Source: an uncultured Thermoproteaceae archaeon (GTDB lineage: Archaea; Thermoproteota; Thermoprotei; Thermoproteales; Thermocladiaceae). Taken from it: a stretch of 64,000 nucleotides of DNA. Below are positions 47,897-59,108 of the stretch, one piece after another. How positions within the stretch are numbered: position 1 is the stretch's first letter; every line of letters begins with the position of its first letter. The position numbers were made by a program, and so were the translations under genes. The DNA is taken from positions 1 through 64,000 of the forward strand of contig CAZNTG010000009.1 of the NCBI GenBank assembly GCA_964575955.1. The letters run 5' to 3'. The notes beneath the pieces are model-generated. The model made no database searches. It was not told the origin of the DNA and saw nothing but the letters and a program-made list of their open reading frames with translations.

Positions 47897-48832
47897 ATGA
47901 CTAGTATAGACATACCATACATATATCCAACATATACAACATTTCTACAATGTGAGATAGGTATTGGAGATAGATCACATATACATATTATAGGAATTCC
48001 TCTAGAAGATACTACAAGCTTTAGAAGAGGTACAAGAGATGCACCAAATATAGTTAGAATGGTATCACCATATGTAGAAGTGACAACATCAAGATTAAAA
48101 AATATAGACATTAAAAATATTAGAGATATTGGAAATATAGAACTGGTACATGGAAATATTATGAAGAATATAGAGAGGATAGAGAAAACTATTAGAGAAT
48201 TAGTAAGTAGAGATATACTAAACCTATTAGTGATAGGTGGTGAACATACATTAACATACTCAATAGTGAAGGCATTGAATAGGAAAGGTCTAGTGATCAT
48301 ATTTGATGCTCATCTAGATTCAAGAGATGAATGGCCATATGGTCAGAAATATTCACATGCAACACATCTAAGGAGGATTATTGAAGAGATAGAGAATGTG
48401 TATGTAATTCATATTGGTTCAAGAGCTTACGATAATGAGGAGTTAGAATTCTTAAGAAGGTGTGATAATGTCTTAATTATAAATAGTAGTGATGTTAAGT
48501 CCGTAACGACTAGATTACTGATTAGAGATTTCATATCAACGATATCTAATGTAGAGTTTACATACTTCTCATTAGATTTTGATGTATTTGACATATCTTA
48601 CATGCCTGCTGTATCAAATCCTGAAGGGTATGGAGGTCTAGATCCTCAGAGTGTTATTAAATATCTAAAATTGATACTTGAGTATTGTCCAAATACTACG
48701 CTTAAAATATGTGATTTTGTAGAATACTGCCCAACATTCGATCCTGGATTTGCATATTGTACAACTGTTATAAAGACTATTCTAGACTTTATAGATCTTG
48801 TATACTTATCTAGCTTTGATTCTCTTTGTTGA
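47897..48832 (+). CDS. Agmatinase/arginase-family ureohydrolase
   Basis: SFR.G...AP, GGEH, DAHLD, SHAT, LDFDVFD, PEG. Confidence 0.9.
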   Translation: MTSIDIPYIYPTYTTFLQCEIGIGDRSHIHIIGIPLEDTTSFRRGTRDAPNIVRMVSPYVEVTTSRLKNIDIKNIRDIGNIELVHGNIMKNIERIEKTIRELVSRDILNLLVIGGEHTLTYSIVKALNRKGLVIIFDAHLDSRDEWPYGQKYSHATHLRRIIEEIENVYVIHIGSRAYDNEELEFLRRCDNVLIINSSDVKSVTTRLLIRDFISTISNVEFTYFSLDFDVFDISYMPAVSNPEGYGGLDPQSVIKYLKLILEYCPNTTLKICDFVEYCPTFDPGFAYCTTVIKTILDFIDLVYLSSFDSLC

Positions 48833-48961
48833 TGGAGATCTATTCTTCATAATTATTCTATATCCACAGAATGGACATTTAACACCTGATAGATATTCCA
48901 TCTCTTCTTTTGAGAATGATCTACCACATTTAAGGCAAACGTATAGCTTTCTTGAAGACAT
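48806..48961 (-). CDS. rpoP: DNA-directed RNA polymerase subunit P/Rpo12 (not in ORF track)
   Basis: Hand translation [51 protein letters not shown]. Confidence 0.93.
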   Translation of the reverse strand: MSSRKLYVCLKCGRSFSKEEMEYLSGVKCPFCGYRIIMKNRSPSTKRIKAR

Positions 48962-48985
48962 GGGAATTCTAGATTGTTGAGGTAT

Positions 48986-49513
48986 TTAAATTATTTTTTC
49001 TATTTTTGCAAGTTTAACAACTCTCTCAACTCCATTAATCTCATCTATAAATTCTGCAACATCTCTAGGTACAAGTTCTCTCCATCTATCATCTCTATGT
49101 GCCATTAATGTTCTTATGTACGTTCCCGAATATTTTTCTCTATTGAAGAATGGTATTTCACTATATTTCAAATTTGCATATTCTAAGCAGAGTTGTGATA
49201 GAGGATCATTTGTGAATACTATATCAAACTTTGGACACCAATGTCTTAGGTATGATGGCCATATTGTATGTGCATCTCCCACTGTGTCAGGAACAGAGCA
49301 TATGTAGACTCTATCTATAATATTTTCTCTCTTCACAACTCTCATAATCATCTCAATCCTCTCACCAACTGTGAATGGATTTTTAAATGTTAATGATACA
49401 TTTGCTGAACCTATAGCAATAATAACTTCATCAACATTATTTAAAATCCACTTAAGAGCTTCTAAATGGCCAAGATGAAATGGTTGAAATCTACCAATAA
49501 ATAATCCACGCAT
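48986..49513 (-). CDS. nadM: Nicotinamide-nucleotide adenylyltransferase
   Basis: GRFQPFHLGH, IGSA, NPFT.GER, SGT.IR. Confidence 0.95.
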   Translation of the reverse strand: MRGLFIGRFQPFHLGHLEALKWILNNVDEVIIAIGSANVSLTFKNPFTVGERIEMIMRVVKRENIIDRVYICSVPDTVGDAHTIWPSYLRHWCPKFDIVFTNDPLSQLCLEYANLKYSEIPFFNREKYSGTYIRTLMAHRDDRWRELVPRDVAEFIDEINGVERVVKLAKIEKII

Positions 49514-49574
49514 AGTCCTACATATGGTAGATGTGTAGTCTTAAATTATAACCTCAAATATATTATACATAGCT

Positions 49575-49781
49575 ATGTATGTTATACATAGTGTAAAACC
49601 ATGTGTTAATTATGAAAGATGTGAAGGATGTGGTATATGTATTGAAGTTTGTCAAAAAGGTGCAATATATTTTAAAGATTTAGAGAAAAAGATTATTGAT
49701 ATTAACTTGAAGATATGTTCTCTCTGTTGTTCATGTATTTTAAATTGTAGATTTAGAGCTATTACACTATGCGTATCCTAA
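49575..49781 (+). CDS. Small 2[4Fe-4S] ferredoxin
   Basis: CEGCGICIEVC..GAI and CSLCCSCILNC..RAI. Confidence 0.85.
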   Translation: MYVIHSVKPCVNYERCEGCGICIEVCQKGAIYFKDLEKKIIDINLKICSLCCSCILNCRFRAITLCVS

Positions 49782-52611
49782 CTACTGGTGATCCTATTCT
49801 AAATGGTTGGAATAGTATTCCACCATTTATGAAGAACTTTGTAAACATCTCATAGAAGTGCAATCTGAGGCTTTGAATAAATGCTACTAAACCTTCAAAT
49901 ATTACTACACATATATTTCCAAGTATTGCACATACCCATACTGCTACCATGAGTAGTGCAGCACTGTGAATTATTGATCCTGCAACTCCTGTAACTACGC
50001 CAAGTAGGCAGAATGCTAAGAATCCACTTGCAAACTTCTTTCCAAATACTCTAAATATTAGGAATCCAATTATTCCTCCTGGTAGTAGTGATACTAGATA
50101 TGCTAGACCTGCAACATAGCTATGCATTGCGTATACAGCTATTGCATATGTACCCCATACTACTAGTGCTGTTAAGACTGCATGTACTATTGCTACAATT
50201 CCAAGCCTCATGAATGATATCACGTTAGCAAATCCCCAAGCGAAGTATGATTCTGCAGCTTCTACACCATACGTCATCAATGACTCATGTAGATGTACAT
50301 GCTTCTTCTTATCATGTAGAGCAACTGCCAACACAATACCAAGCATTACAAATGTGGCTATAGCCCATCCTACCCTATATGACATTGGTGCATACATCTG
50401 CCAACCACCATCATAGTATAGTGGTCCTGTAACTAGCTGTACAAATCCTAGATATGCATAGTCTAGTGGTGTTGCTATTGATGGGTTTGCTTGAATTTCT
50501 TTAGCAATCTCGATACCTAGTGGTCTTAGTGGTACTAGTCCAAGTGTTGATAGACAGAATGCAAATATTAGTACTATTGTTCCAAATATTGCATAATACT
50601 TAGCATCATATCTATATCCAAGTCTTAGATAGTTTGCAACTTTTATATACGCTGATGCTGCTAGTATGAATATTCCAATAAGTATTGACCAGCCTAGAGT
50701 TGCAAATATTGCATGCATTACAGGTATGAAACCACCCTCACTCTTAATCGCCTCTAACAATGCTGAGAGTGTTGCATGTGGATGCTCTAGTGGTGTTGGC
50801 TCCATAAGTTCGTATAGTGGTGGTATTCCAAACATGCGTAGTGGTACTCCAAAGAAGTCTCCACTCTCAATAAATCCGAAAATTATACTCCAAATACCAC
50901 ACTGCATGAATATTATACCCCAATCAACAAAACGTTTACCATCAAATATAGCTCTTAAAACCTTATTTGGACCTGTATATCTCCACTTTGCTAATAGTAG
51001 TCCAAGTATGAATATTAGTAATCCATGTCCAACATCTGGAAACATCCAACCGTAGAATAGTGGAAAGAACCACCAAGCTATAGGTACTGGAGATACCTCA
51101 CCATATCTAGGAACACCATACCAATACACTATCCTCTTCAAGACATCTATAGGTCTTGAATATTCTTCAAGTGTTGGAGCTCTCTCTTTAGGTACTTCAG
51201 GAACGTATGCATACTTGCTATATCTTCTAACTTCAGCATGTACTGCAAGTTTTGTTAATATGTCTGCAAGTGCTCTCTCAAAATCTCTAACATCTTTCAT
51301 TCTTAACTGTGCAATTATTGTAACTGTGTCAGGTCCTGTCTTATCAATATTCTCAATACCGTAAACCGACACCTTATTGAACTCTTTAATGAATGTGTCA
51401 AGCTCTCTCTCAAGATCTCTAATCCTACCCTTCAACTCCTCCCTCTCTCTAGCTACAAGTGTTAACGCACTCTTAATATCGTGTAGATATTCTCTTGGAA
51501 TTTCAACAGCAATACCTTCAGATACTATGTCTCTAGCAGATAGTTCTGGTGGTGCTTCAAATAACATCACAATATTTACACCTTCACCAACATGTTCAAC
51601 AACGTTTGGATACTTACTCAATATCTCACTCTTAACAACTCCCCTAACAGCAAATATCTTTACACGTAGTGTAGCTACTTCAAGCTTTTCAATCTTTCTT
51701 TGAAGCATTGAGTTCAATGCTATTAACAGTACTTCAACCTCTTCCAACCTCTTCTTAGCCTCTTCAATACCTCTCTTCAACTCTGACAATCTTGTTCTAA
51801 CTTCTTCACCTTCAGGAATTACAGTATCTGTATACTGTCTAATTATGCTCATAACAGCACTTGCAGCTTCTGTAACTCTATACAATCTATCTCTAATACT
51901 GTTTAAATATTTAGAAAGCTCTTCATTAAGCTCACTAAGTCTACGCTCGAGCTGTGAAACTCTCTCTCTAATAGCTTCAGGTGTTGCTCTTTCACGTGGT
52001 AGCTCAATTGGCGATTTGTTAAATACTCTATAAACTCCTTCAACAGTCTCTTTTAACCATAGTGGATATATGACAACTGCTAGAGGTTTCTCACCTTCAT
52101 AAACTATTACCTGAACGTTATGAAGTTCTAGAGATTTTCTAAAGTCAGCAACTTCTCCCGGTTCTAGGAGTACTAGATCAACTTTGAAATGTCTAAATTC
52201 TGGTAGACCTGCAGGACCTATCCTCTCAATAACTTCTAAATACCTCTTCAATGTTGTTAATTCTTGAGAAACTTCATTAATTGCTGAAATATATTGATTA
52301 ACTCTAGTCAATATTTCAGAACCTTCCTCAGCAGCTCTATTAGCCATGTCTAAGAAGCTTGTAAATGTGACCTCTATTGGAGTTTCAGGTGGTGGAACAT
52401 TGTATGTTGACAATACCTTACTTAGCTCTCTAGCAACTTCATCACACTTTCTAGCTGCTTCAGCAATTTCAGGTGGTATGTGTGGTGCTGGTAGTTCTGC
52501 AGGTCTTGGAGGTAGCATTACATATCCAAGTTCTCCAAGTTTTGCAATTACGTCAAATGCATGTCTTGCTGGTAGTGCTATTCTATACTCAGCAATGCGT
52601 TCAAGAGGCAC
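49762..52611 (-). CDS. atpI: A/V-type ATP synthase subunit I, long form (949 aa)
   Basis: YGVPRYGEV.P, F.G.MF.D.G.G, SFMRL (essential Arg), EGL.AFIQSLRLHFYE.F.KF. Confidence 0.93.
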   Translation of the reverse strand: MPLERIAEYRIALPARHAFDVIAKLGELGYVMLPPRPAELPAPHIPPEIAEAARKCDEVARELSKVLSTYNVPPPETPIEVTFTSFLDMANRAAEEGSEILTRVNQYISAINEVSQELTTLKRYLEVIERIGPAGLPEFRHFKVDLVLLEPGEVADFRKSLELHNVQVIVYEGEKPLAVVIYPLWLKETVEGVYRVFNKSPIELPRERATPEAIRERVSQLERRLSELNEELSKYLNSIRDRLYRVTEAASAVMSIIRQYTDTVIPEGEEVRTRLSELKRGIEEAKKRLEEVEVLLIALNSMLQRKIEKLEVATLRVKIFAVRGVVKSEILSKYPNVVEHVGEGVNIVMLFEAPPELSARDIVSEGIAVEIPREYLHDIKSALTLVAREREELKGRIRDLERELDTFIKEFNKVSVYGIENIDKTGPDTVTIIAQLRMKDVRDFERALADILTKLAVHAEVRRYSKYAYVPEVPKERAPTLEEYSRPIDVLKRIVYWYGVPRYGEVSPVPIAWWFFPLFYGWMFPDVGHGLLIFILGLLLAKWRYTGPNKVLRAIFDGKRFVDWGIIFMQCGIWSIIFGFIESGDFFGVPLRMFGIPPLYELMEPTPLEHPHATLSALLEAIKSEGGFIPVMHAIFATLGWSILIGIFILAASAYIKVANYLRLGYRYDAKYYAIFGTIVLIFAFCLSTLGLVPLRPLGIEIAKEIQANPSIATPLDYAYLGFVQLVTGPLYYDGGWQMYAPMSYRVGWAIATFVMLGIVLAVALHDKKKHVHLHESLMTYGVEAAESYFAWGFANVISFMRLGIVAIVHAVLTALVVWGTYAIAVYAMHSYVAGLAYLVSLLPGGIIGFLIFRVFGKKFASGFLAFCLLGVVTGVAGSIIHSAALLMVAVWVCAILGNICVVIFEGLVAFIQSLRLHFYEMFTKFFINGGILFQPFRIGSPVVRIRIV

Positions 52612-52661
52612 AACTACATGTCTTGAATAAGTATTTTAAGAATTAACGTTGAATGAATTCA

Positions 52662-53816
52662 TTAGTAGTAGTCACCTAGAAGCCATCTATTTCCAACATT
52701 TACCATCTCTATACCATACTCTTTAGCAATTTTCAAAGCAATATCCATATGTCTTCTACTTGTTGGTGGTAGATCACTCATTAGATAGTCAGGGTGAAAT
52801 GCTAGTAGTGATAGTGGAATCTCCACATTTAACTCATTAATCATTCTACACACATTTTCAATCTCAACCTCATCTATATATCCAGGAACGACTAGAAGAC
52901 TTATGGTTAGCAATGGTACTTCACTCCTCTCCTTTACTCTCTTAGCAACTTCTCTAATTGTGTAGAGTACATTTTTGAAATCTCCATCCGTCAATGCTCT
53001 ATACATGTTTTCAGTACCTGCCTTAATATCTACCTTAACTATACCACCACTCTTCAAGCTTAATTCAATAACTTCTCTTAGAAATATTGGACTTATCTGA
53101 CCATTAGTTTCCCAACATATTCTAAGTATTCTACCTCTCTTCTGTGCAATATCTAACATCTTTCTAGAGGCTATTATAGCATGTGTTATCTGTGTACTTG
53201 GATCACCACCAAAATAGCATACGCATGTAACTTTACTACTCGATGCAGCTTTTACAAGTTCATCAACATGTACAGACTTTATAGATGATTGTAGATGATA
53301 CTCTCTATAATGCCAATTTTGACAGTATAGACAATCTAGATTACATGATCCATAGAATACTGCAAGATTATAATACCCATATTCAGGACCTCTCTCAGAT
53401 ACAGAATATTTTGGATATCCAATACCTGTACTTGCTGGACAGAACCATTCAGCAACACAGTTTGTTGGTAATGGATCATAGTACCAGTCAAGTATGCCCC
53501 ATAATGATGAACCTGTAATTCTCCTAACTTTAGAATTATCTGTGATTGTCAATCCACAATATCCAACACTATTCTCATTAAGTCTACAAGATCTAGCACA
53601 TAGGTTACATACAAATTTTCCATCTCTAGGCTGTGGATATGGTAATGAAAATCTTGTTCTACTTAACCTATGTGCATTGTATATATACTCTTTACATTTG
53701 TCAAATCTCTCACGAATACATTCAGGACATACAGGAAGTATTTTAGATAGTGGAAAGTACTCTCTACCGCATACAGCACACTTATCAACACATCTGAACC
53801 TATATTTACGAGACAC
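52662..53816 (-). CDS. Radical SAM protein, PFL-activase-like/AmmeMemo-associated type with N-terminal Zn motifs
   Basis: CAVC...CPEC, CNLC..SC, CNLDCLYCQNW, GGDP, ETNG, AFHP. Confidence 0.88.
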   Translation of the reverse strand: MSRKYRFRCVDKCAVCGREYFPLSKILPVCPECIRERFDKCKEYIYNAHRLSRTRFSLPYPQPRDGKFVCNLCARSCRLNENSVGYCGLTITDNSKVRRITGSSLWGILDWYYDPLPTNCVAEWFCPASTGIGYPKYSVSERGPEYGYYNLAVFYGSCNLDCLYCQNWHYREYHLQSSIKSVHVDELVKAASSSKVTCVCYFGGDPSTQITHAIIASRKMLDIAQKRGRILRICWETNGQISPIFLREVIELSLKSGGIVKVDIKAGTENMYRALTDGDFKNVLYTIREVAKRVKERSEVPLLTISLLVVPGYIDEVEIENVCRMINELNVEIPLSLLAFHPDYLMSDLPPTSRRHMDIALKIAKEYGIEMVNVGNRWLLGDYY

Positions 53817-53855
53817 AACCTTAAAATATGTCTAGTTGAACTGTTTTATAAAGTT

Positions 53856-54197
53856 ATGGATGTTACAGTTCAGCAAATAGTTAGTAGTGTGATGTCTAAT
53901 CACAACACGTATCTAGTAATGTTCATAGAATTTCTACTTGGTGTAGGTATTGGATACGCAGCCACAAAAGCTGCTAAGTATATAATAACACTAATAGTAC
54001 TACTATTCCTAGGTACACTACTTGGAGTTTGGTCACTTGGAATATCTATGAATAAGCTTATCGGTCTAATCATAGGTAATATGGGTAAAGTTTGGACAAT
54101 AATAAACATGATTATGGCGGGGCTAAGCATAGTTATGATAGGGCCAGTACTTGCAGGAATCGTTGTTGGAATAGTTATAGCACTAATACGTAAGTAG
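53856..54197 (+). CDS. Small membrane protein (FUN14-like)
   Basis: G.GIGYA.K..K, three hydrophobic segments, G...G. Confidence 0.6.
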   Translation: MDVTVQQIVSSVMSNHNTYLVMFIEFLLGVGIGYAATKAAKYIITLIVLLFLGTLLGVWSLGISMNKLIGLIIGNMGKVWTIINMIMAGLSIVMIGPVLAGIVVGIVIALIRK

Positions 54198-54252
54198 TGA
54201 AGATTTCAATACGGTACAATATTTAACTTCGACAACCTTAGTGGATCTGTAG

Positions 54253-54858
54253 ATGGAAGCTGAAATTATAAGTTTTCCAACATTACCACCTGTAGCATCT
54301 AACGGCAGTATCAGACTTCTTAGAGAAGACATGTTTGATATTGCATTAGCTAGAGAGAGATTACCAATACTCAAACTTATAGTATTTGGAATTACTAGAG
54401 CATCAGTACTTTCAGAAAAACTACATATTCCAAAATCAACACTTTACAGACATCTAAACACCTTAATGAGAGCTGGATGGATTGAGAGAAAAGGTGATGG
54501 TGAGTATGTACTTGCATCAAAAATCTTCCTAGTATATAGAATACTTGCAGAAGATGATAATGTAATGATAAGCATTGTAAATAATAAGGGAGCATTTGTT
54601 GATAGGAAGACTGGACTCATAATAGTTACAGGAAGACAACCACCTGTAAACTGCATAAGATGTAGAGAGTTGCAGAGATGTACAGAAATAGCTAAGAGTA
54701 TAGCTAGAAAGTTAGGAATAAAGTTGAGATCTATAACACCAGCAGAAGCATTTGTAGAGATTATGACAACAATAGCTAGAAAAGTACTACAAAGAGGACT
54801 AGTACACAGCTATATAGAGTTGAAAATTAGAAATGAGATGATAGAACTTGAAAGTTAG
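54253..54858 (+). CDS. Winged-HTH transcriptional regulator with Cys-rich C-terminal domain
   Basis: ASVLSEKLHIPKSTLYRHLNTL...GWI; CxxCxxxxxC. Confidence 0.8.
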   Translation: MEAEIISFPTLPPVASNGSIRLLREDMFDIALARERLPILKLIVFGITRASVLSEKLHIPKSTLYRHLNTLMRAGWIERKGDGEYVLASKIFLVYRILAEDDNVMISIVNNKGAFVDRKTGLIIVTGRQPPVNCIRCRELQRCTEIAKSIARKLGIKLRSITPAEAFVEIMTTIARKVLQRGLVHSYIELKIRNEMIELES

Positions 54859-56591
54859 ATAGCTACCTGCTCCCATGGATACTTTCTACTCCATCTAACT
54901 GCTCTATCCTGCTCTAACTCTTTCAATCTCATACTAATCTCGTCTCTACTAATCTTTCTAAATAGTGGAGATACTTCACCAATCTCAAGTCCAGGATCTA
55001 CAGGATTTACAACATCATTCCAACCTCTCTCAAGTATTGAACATCTATATCCAATTAAATTCCAAAGCTTCTCCATACTACTAGGCATTACAGGATATAG
55101 ACATATTGCCAACATCTTAACTAGATGAAGACCAACACCTAGAACTGATGAACCAAGCTCATAATCACTCTTCAATAAGTCCCATGGTCTTCTCTCATTA
55201 AAATACTTATTACCTATTCTTGCAATATCTACAGCTCTATGTAATGCATCTCTAAGCTTTATATTACTATAAAGTTTATCAACATCTTCAACAACCTTTA
55301 ATGCTTCATTAATAATCTTCTTGTCACATTCTTCAAGCTTAGTTATACTTGGTGTCTTACCTCCAAGTCTTCTCTTCACTAATGTCAATACTCTATGAAT
55401 GAAATTTCCGATAGTATCATTGATTATTGAATTCACAATATCTATCGCAACATCCCAACTAAAGTTTGAATCTTTTGTTTCAGGTCTTATGTATATTAAT
55501 ATAAATCTCCAATAGTCAACATTATCGAAAATTCTCAATGCTTCATCAATCCAAATACCAACTTTCTGACTTTTAGAAAACTTCTTACCTTCATACATCA
55601 GATATTCTGTTGCTGATATTGTGTATGGAAGTACATAACCGTCACCTGAACCTATTAGTAGTGCTGGAAGTATTATTGAGTGGAATGGAATGTTGTCCTT
55701 ACCTATGAAGAATACTACTCTAGTGTTTGGATTTTTCCACAATTCTAATCCTCTATCTGGATTTCCAAACTTACGTTCAAAGTATTCCATAGTTGCAGAT
55801 ATGTAGCCTAGGACAGCTTCAAACCAGACGTATATAGTCTTACCTTCAGCACCTGGAAATGGTGCTGGTATACCCCACTTATTATCTCTAGTCACAGATC
55901 TAGGCTTTAATCCAGATTTTAGTATAGATATACTCATAGTTTTTACGTTTTCAGGAAGTTTGTCGTTAGATTCTACATACTTCTTAACATCTTCTTCAAG
56001 TTTCTTCAAATCAAGATACCAATGTCTAGTTTTACGCCATTCAGGAGTTGAACCACATATAGCACATCTTGGATTTACTAGCTGTGTAGGTTCTAGTAGT
56101 GAACCACATTTCTCACATTGATCACCTCTAGCAGATTCATAACCACAGTATGGACATGTTCCTACTATAAATCTGTCAGGTAGGAATATTCTATCTCTAG
56201 GACAGTATGGTAATGTATCTTCTTTCTCAAATATTAGACCTCTCTCATATAGCTTCATGAAGAATTTCTGTACAAAGTTTATATGAACTTTAGACTCTGT
56301 ACTTGTATAATTATCATAACTAATATTCCACTTCTTTAGAAGATCTGTAACAATCTTATGCATAATTTCAGCATACTCATGAGGATCAATACCTAACTTC
56401 CTAGCTTCAACTTCTATAGGTGTTCCATGAACATCACTACCACTAACGAAGATCACATTCTCACCTTTAAGTCTTAAATATCTCACAAATACATCAGCAC
56501 TCAATATTGAGCCTATCATATTTCCAAGATGTGGAACATAGTTGACATAGGGCCAGGCAGATCCAACTATCCATACTACACTAGAGCTCAT
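54855..56591 (-). CDS. metG: Methionyl-tRNA synthetase
   Basis: AWPYVN..PHLGN, SGSD.HG, Zn knuckles, YVWFEA, GKDNIPFH, KFSKS. Confidence 0.98.
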   Translation of the reverse strand: MSSSVVWIVGSAWPYVNYVPHLGNMIGSILSADVFVRYLRLKGENVIFVSGSDVHGTPIEVEARKLGIDPHEYAEIMHKIVTDLLKKWNISYDNYTSTESKVHINFVQKFFMKLYERGLIFEKEDTLPYCPRDRIFLPDRFIVGTCPYCGYESARGDQCEKCGSLLEPTQLVNPRCAICGSTPEWRKTRHWYLDLKKLEEDVKKYVESNDKLPENVKTMSISILKSGLKPRSVTRDNKWGIPAPFPGAEGKTIYVWFEAVLGYISATMEYFERKFGNPDRGLELWKNPNTRVVFFIGKDNIPFHSIILPALLIGSGDGYVLPYTISATEYLMYEGKKFSKSQKVGIWIDEALRIFDNVDYWRFILIYIRPETKDSNFSWDVAIDIVNSIINDTIGNFIHRVLTLVKRRLGGKTPSITKLEECDKKIINEALKVVEDVDKLYSNIKLRDALHRAVDIARIGNKYFNERRPWDLLKSDYELGSSVLGVGLHLVKMLAICLYPVMPSSMEKLWNLIGYRCSILERGWNDVVNPVDPGLEIGEVSPLFRKISRDEISMRLKELEQDRAVRWSRKYPWEQVAI

Positions 56592-56662
56592 GGAGCTATA
56601 GCTTTTGAATTACAACCACACACTTATATAGGATACTCCGAGAACTATATCTAGGTGATGTA

Positions 56663-57007
56663 TTGCCTGTAAAGAAGAAAAAGAAGAGTGAGGAAAAACA
56701 GACACTTGGAATAACAGCATTCTTAGTAGAGGAAGAAGAGAAGGAGAAGACTAGTCAAAAAGCTACTACAGTTGAAGAGAAGAAGATTGAAAGTAAGGTT
56801 GAGAATGTTGAAGAGATTAGTAATAGAATTGTAGAGCTATTAAAGAAGAGGGGCGGTCTTATAAGTAAAGATGAGCTAATTGCATGGGCTAAAGCTAGAG
56901 GTATAAAGATATCACTAATTATGAAAGCTATTGATGAATTGACGAAGAAGAAGATGATTGTGCGTAGAATTGTTGACGAAAAACTATGTTATGAGCTTAA
57001 GGTATGA
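56663..57007 (+). CDS. Hypothetical protein: charged N-terminus plus winged-helix-like domain
   Basis: 114-aa ORF from TTG preceded by GGTG. Confidence 0.65.
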   Translation: MPVKKKKKSEEKQTLGITAFLVEEEEKEKTSQKATTVEEKKIESKVENVEEISNRIVELLKKRGGLISKDELIAWAKARGIKISLIMKAIDELTKKKMIVRRIVDEKLCYELKV

Positions 57008-57049
57008 GGATATAATGAATAAATACTTCTGAACGTTAGGTCAAGACTA

Positions 57050-59101
57050 GTGAAGCAGAGTATAGCATCTTGCGGCATATTAGCCATATTGAGAAAACCA
57101 CATGCTGACAAGATTAAAGGTAGTACTGTAGTAGATGCTATAGATCTAGTACGATTTAGAGGTTCTAGATATGGTGCAGGATATGCAGTTATGAATATGG
57201 AATCTAGAAAATTTTCAGCACAGATATTCTTAATTAAAGATGGTAGAGAAGACGATAGATTAAACTTGATAATTGAAGAATTATCAAAAATATCAAATAT
57301 AGAATGTATAAATAAGAAGGCTGAGACAGAGAAAGTACTTGATATAGAAATCATACTAGATGTAGATAAGAGAGATACTGTAAATATAAGTAGGAGATTG
57401 TTAAAAATTAATGACAAATTATGGAAAGATGGTAAATCAGGAAGAGTATATTCATGGGGTTGGCATATTGAAGTCTTTAAGGGAGTTGGATATCCAAGAC
57501 CGATAGCAGATTTATACAATATATATGAATGGGAAGGTGATCTATGGATAGCACATACAAGACAACCAACAAACTCTCCTGGATATTACCCATATTGGTC
57601 ACATCCATTCTCACTATCTGACATAGCCGTTGTACATAATGGTGATATAAGTTCATTTGGTTCAAACATGAATTTTCTAAGGTATAGCCTAGATTTTGAA
57701 AGCTTTGTAGGTACTGACAGTGAATGTATAGCATTCATAACGTATAAATTGGTGAGAGAAGATGGTCTAGATCCTGAAACACTTGCAAAATTGTTAGTTG
57801 GTTCTGAAGAAAGTGAACTAGCACTTAAATATCTTGGAGTTAGACTAGATGGCCCATTTGCGATAGCTATAGGTCTATACTATAATGATGATCTATACCT
57901 AATAGCTGCAGTAGATAGACAAAAACTAAGACCAATAGTTATAGGTGAAGATGAAAACTACTACTATGTTGCAAGTGAGGAATGTCAAATACGTAGGATA
58001 AGTCCAAATGCTAGAGTATGGACATTACAGCCAGGAGGATATTTCATAGTTTCAATGAATAGAGGAATATTGAAATATGGTAGACCAAGCATTGATATAG
58101 AATTCTTCTATGACTCAACTAATAGTAGAATATCAAAATTTATGTACATAAAACCACCACCTGAAGATGATGTAATAGATGCATGGGGATTATCCTATAG
58201 AGAATTAAATAGAAGAATATTAGAAAAAGCATTAAAAGGATATAAGAGAATTAGAGTGTACAACGTATATGGTCAAAGATATATCGGTATTAACATATCT
58301 AGACACGGCATTAGAGGTGTTAAATTAGAAATCTATGGAATTCCAGGAAATTGTCTTGGAAATTTAAACATGGATACTGAAATAATAGTTTATGGAAATG
58401 TTGAAGATGATGTTGGAGATACAATGCATGGAGGATCAATAGTAGTGTATGGAGATGCTAGAGATGTTGTAGGTCAAGCATTACAGGGAGGGTACATATT
58501 CATACGAGGAAATGCTGGAACTAGAGTTGGAATATTAATGAGAGAGTATGTAGATAAGAGACCATACTTGATAGTTGGTGGAAGAGTAGACAAATATCTT
58601 GGAGAATACATGGCAGGTGGTGTAGCTATGGTTCTCGGAATTGAAGCATTTAGAAATAGAGTAGAAATTGAACTAGCAGATAAACATGTAGGTACAGGAA
58701 TGGTTGGAGGAAGAATATATATTAGAGGAAGAATATCACCACACAAGATTGGTCTTAGACCACCAAAATTAGAATTTATAAACTTCATAGAAGGATTAAT
58801 AGAAGAGAAATTAATACCTACAGAACTTGTACAAGATATAGAGTATGGAGATATTGAAACTTTAGAGGAGAGGTTAATTAAATATGGTAATGAGCTAGCG
58901 TTAAAATTAGCAAAAACTTTGTATGAGAGTAAGCATATAATAAAGATAGTTCACGAATATAGAGAGTTAAATCAGGATGAAATTAGAGAATTGAGACCTG
59001 TATTATTGAAATATGCTGAATACTTCTCGATAGATAGTGAAGAGATTGATGATCTACTATCAGAGAAGTATACAGTAGTGTATAGGTATAGTAGAAGGTA
59101 G
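57050..59101 (+). CDS. Glutamate-synthase-related fusion: class II glutamine amidotransferase + GXGXG beta-helix domain
   Basis: CGI, RG..GAG, H.RQPTNS, HPF, HNG, TDSE, DR..LRP, ASEE; GQRYIG, G.AG.R.G, GEYMAGG, GTGMVGG.IY. Confidence 0.88.
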   Translation: MKQSIASCGILAILRKPHADKIKGSTVVDAIDLVRFRGSRYGAGYAVMNMESRKFSAQIFLIKDGREDDRLNLIIEELSKISNIECINKKAETEKVLDIEIILDVDKRDTVNISRRLLKINDKLWKDGKSGRVYSWGWHIEVFKGVGYPRPIADLYNIYEWEGDLWIAHTRQPTNSPGYYPYWSHPFSLSDIAVVHNGDISSFGSNMNFLRYSLDFESFVGTDSECIAFITYKLVREDGLDPETLAKLLVGSEESELALKYLGVRLDGPFAIAIGLYYNDDLYLIAAVDRQKLRPIVIGEDENYYYVASEECQIRRISPNARVWTLQPGGYFIVSMNRGILKYGRPSIDIEFFYDSTNSRISKFMYIKPPPEDDVIDAWGLSYRELNRRILEKALKGYKRIRVYNVYGQRYIGINISRHGIRGVKLEIYGIPGNCLGNLNMDTEIIVYGNVEDDVGDTMHGGSIVVYGDARDVVGQALQGGYIFIRGNAGTRVGILMREYVDKRPYLIVGGRVDKYLGEYMAGGVAMVLGIEAFRNRVEIELADKHVGTGMVGGRIYIRGRISPHKIGLRPPKLEFINFIEGLIEEKLIPTELVQDIEYGDIETLEERLIKYGNELALKLAKTLYESKHIIKIVHEYRELNQDEIRELRPVLLKYAEYFSIDSEEIDDLLSEKYTVVYRYSRR

Positions 59102-59108
59102 TTGTAAA

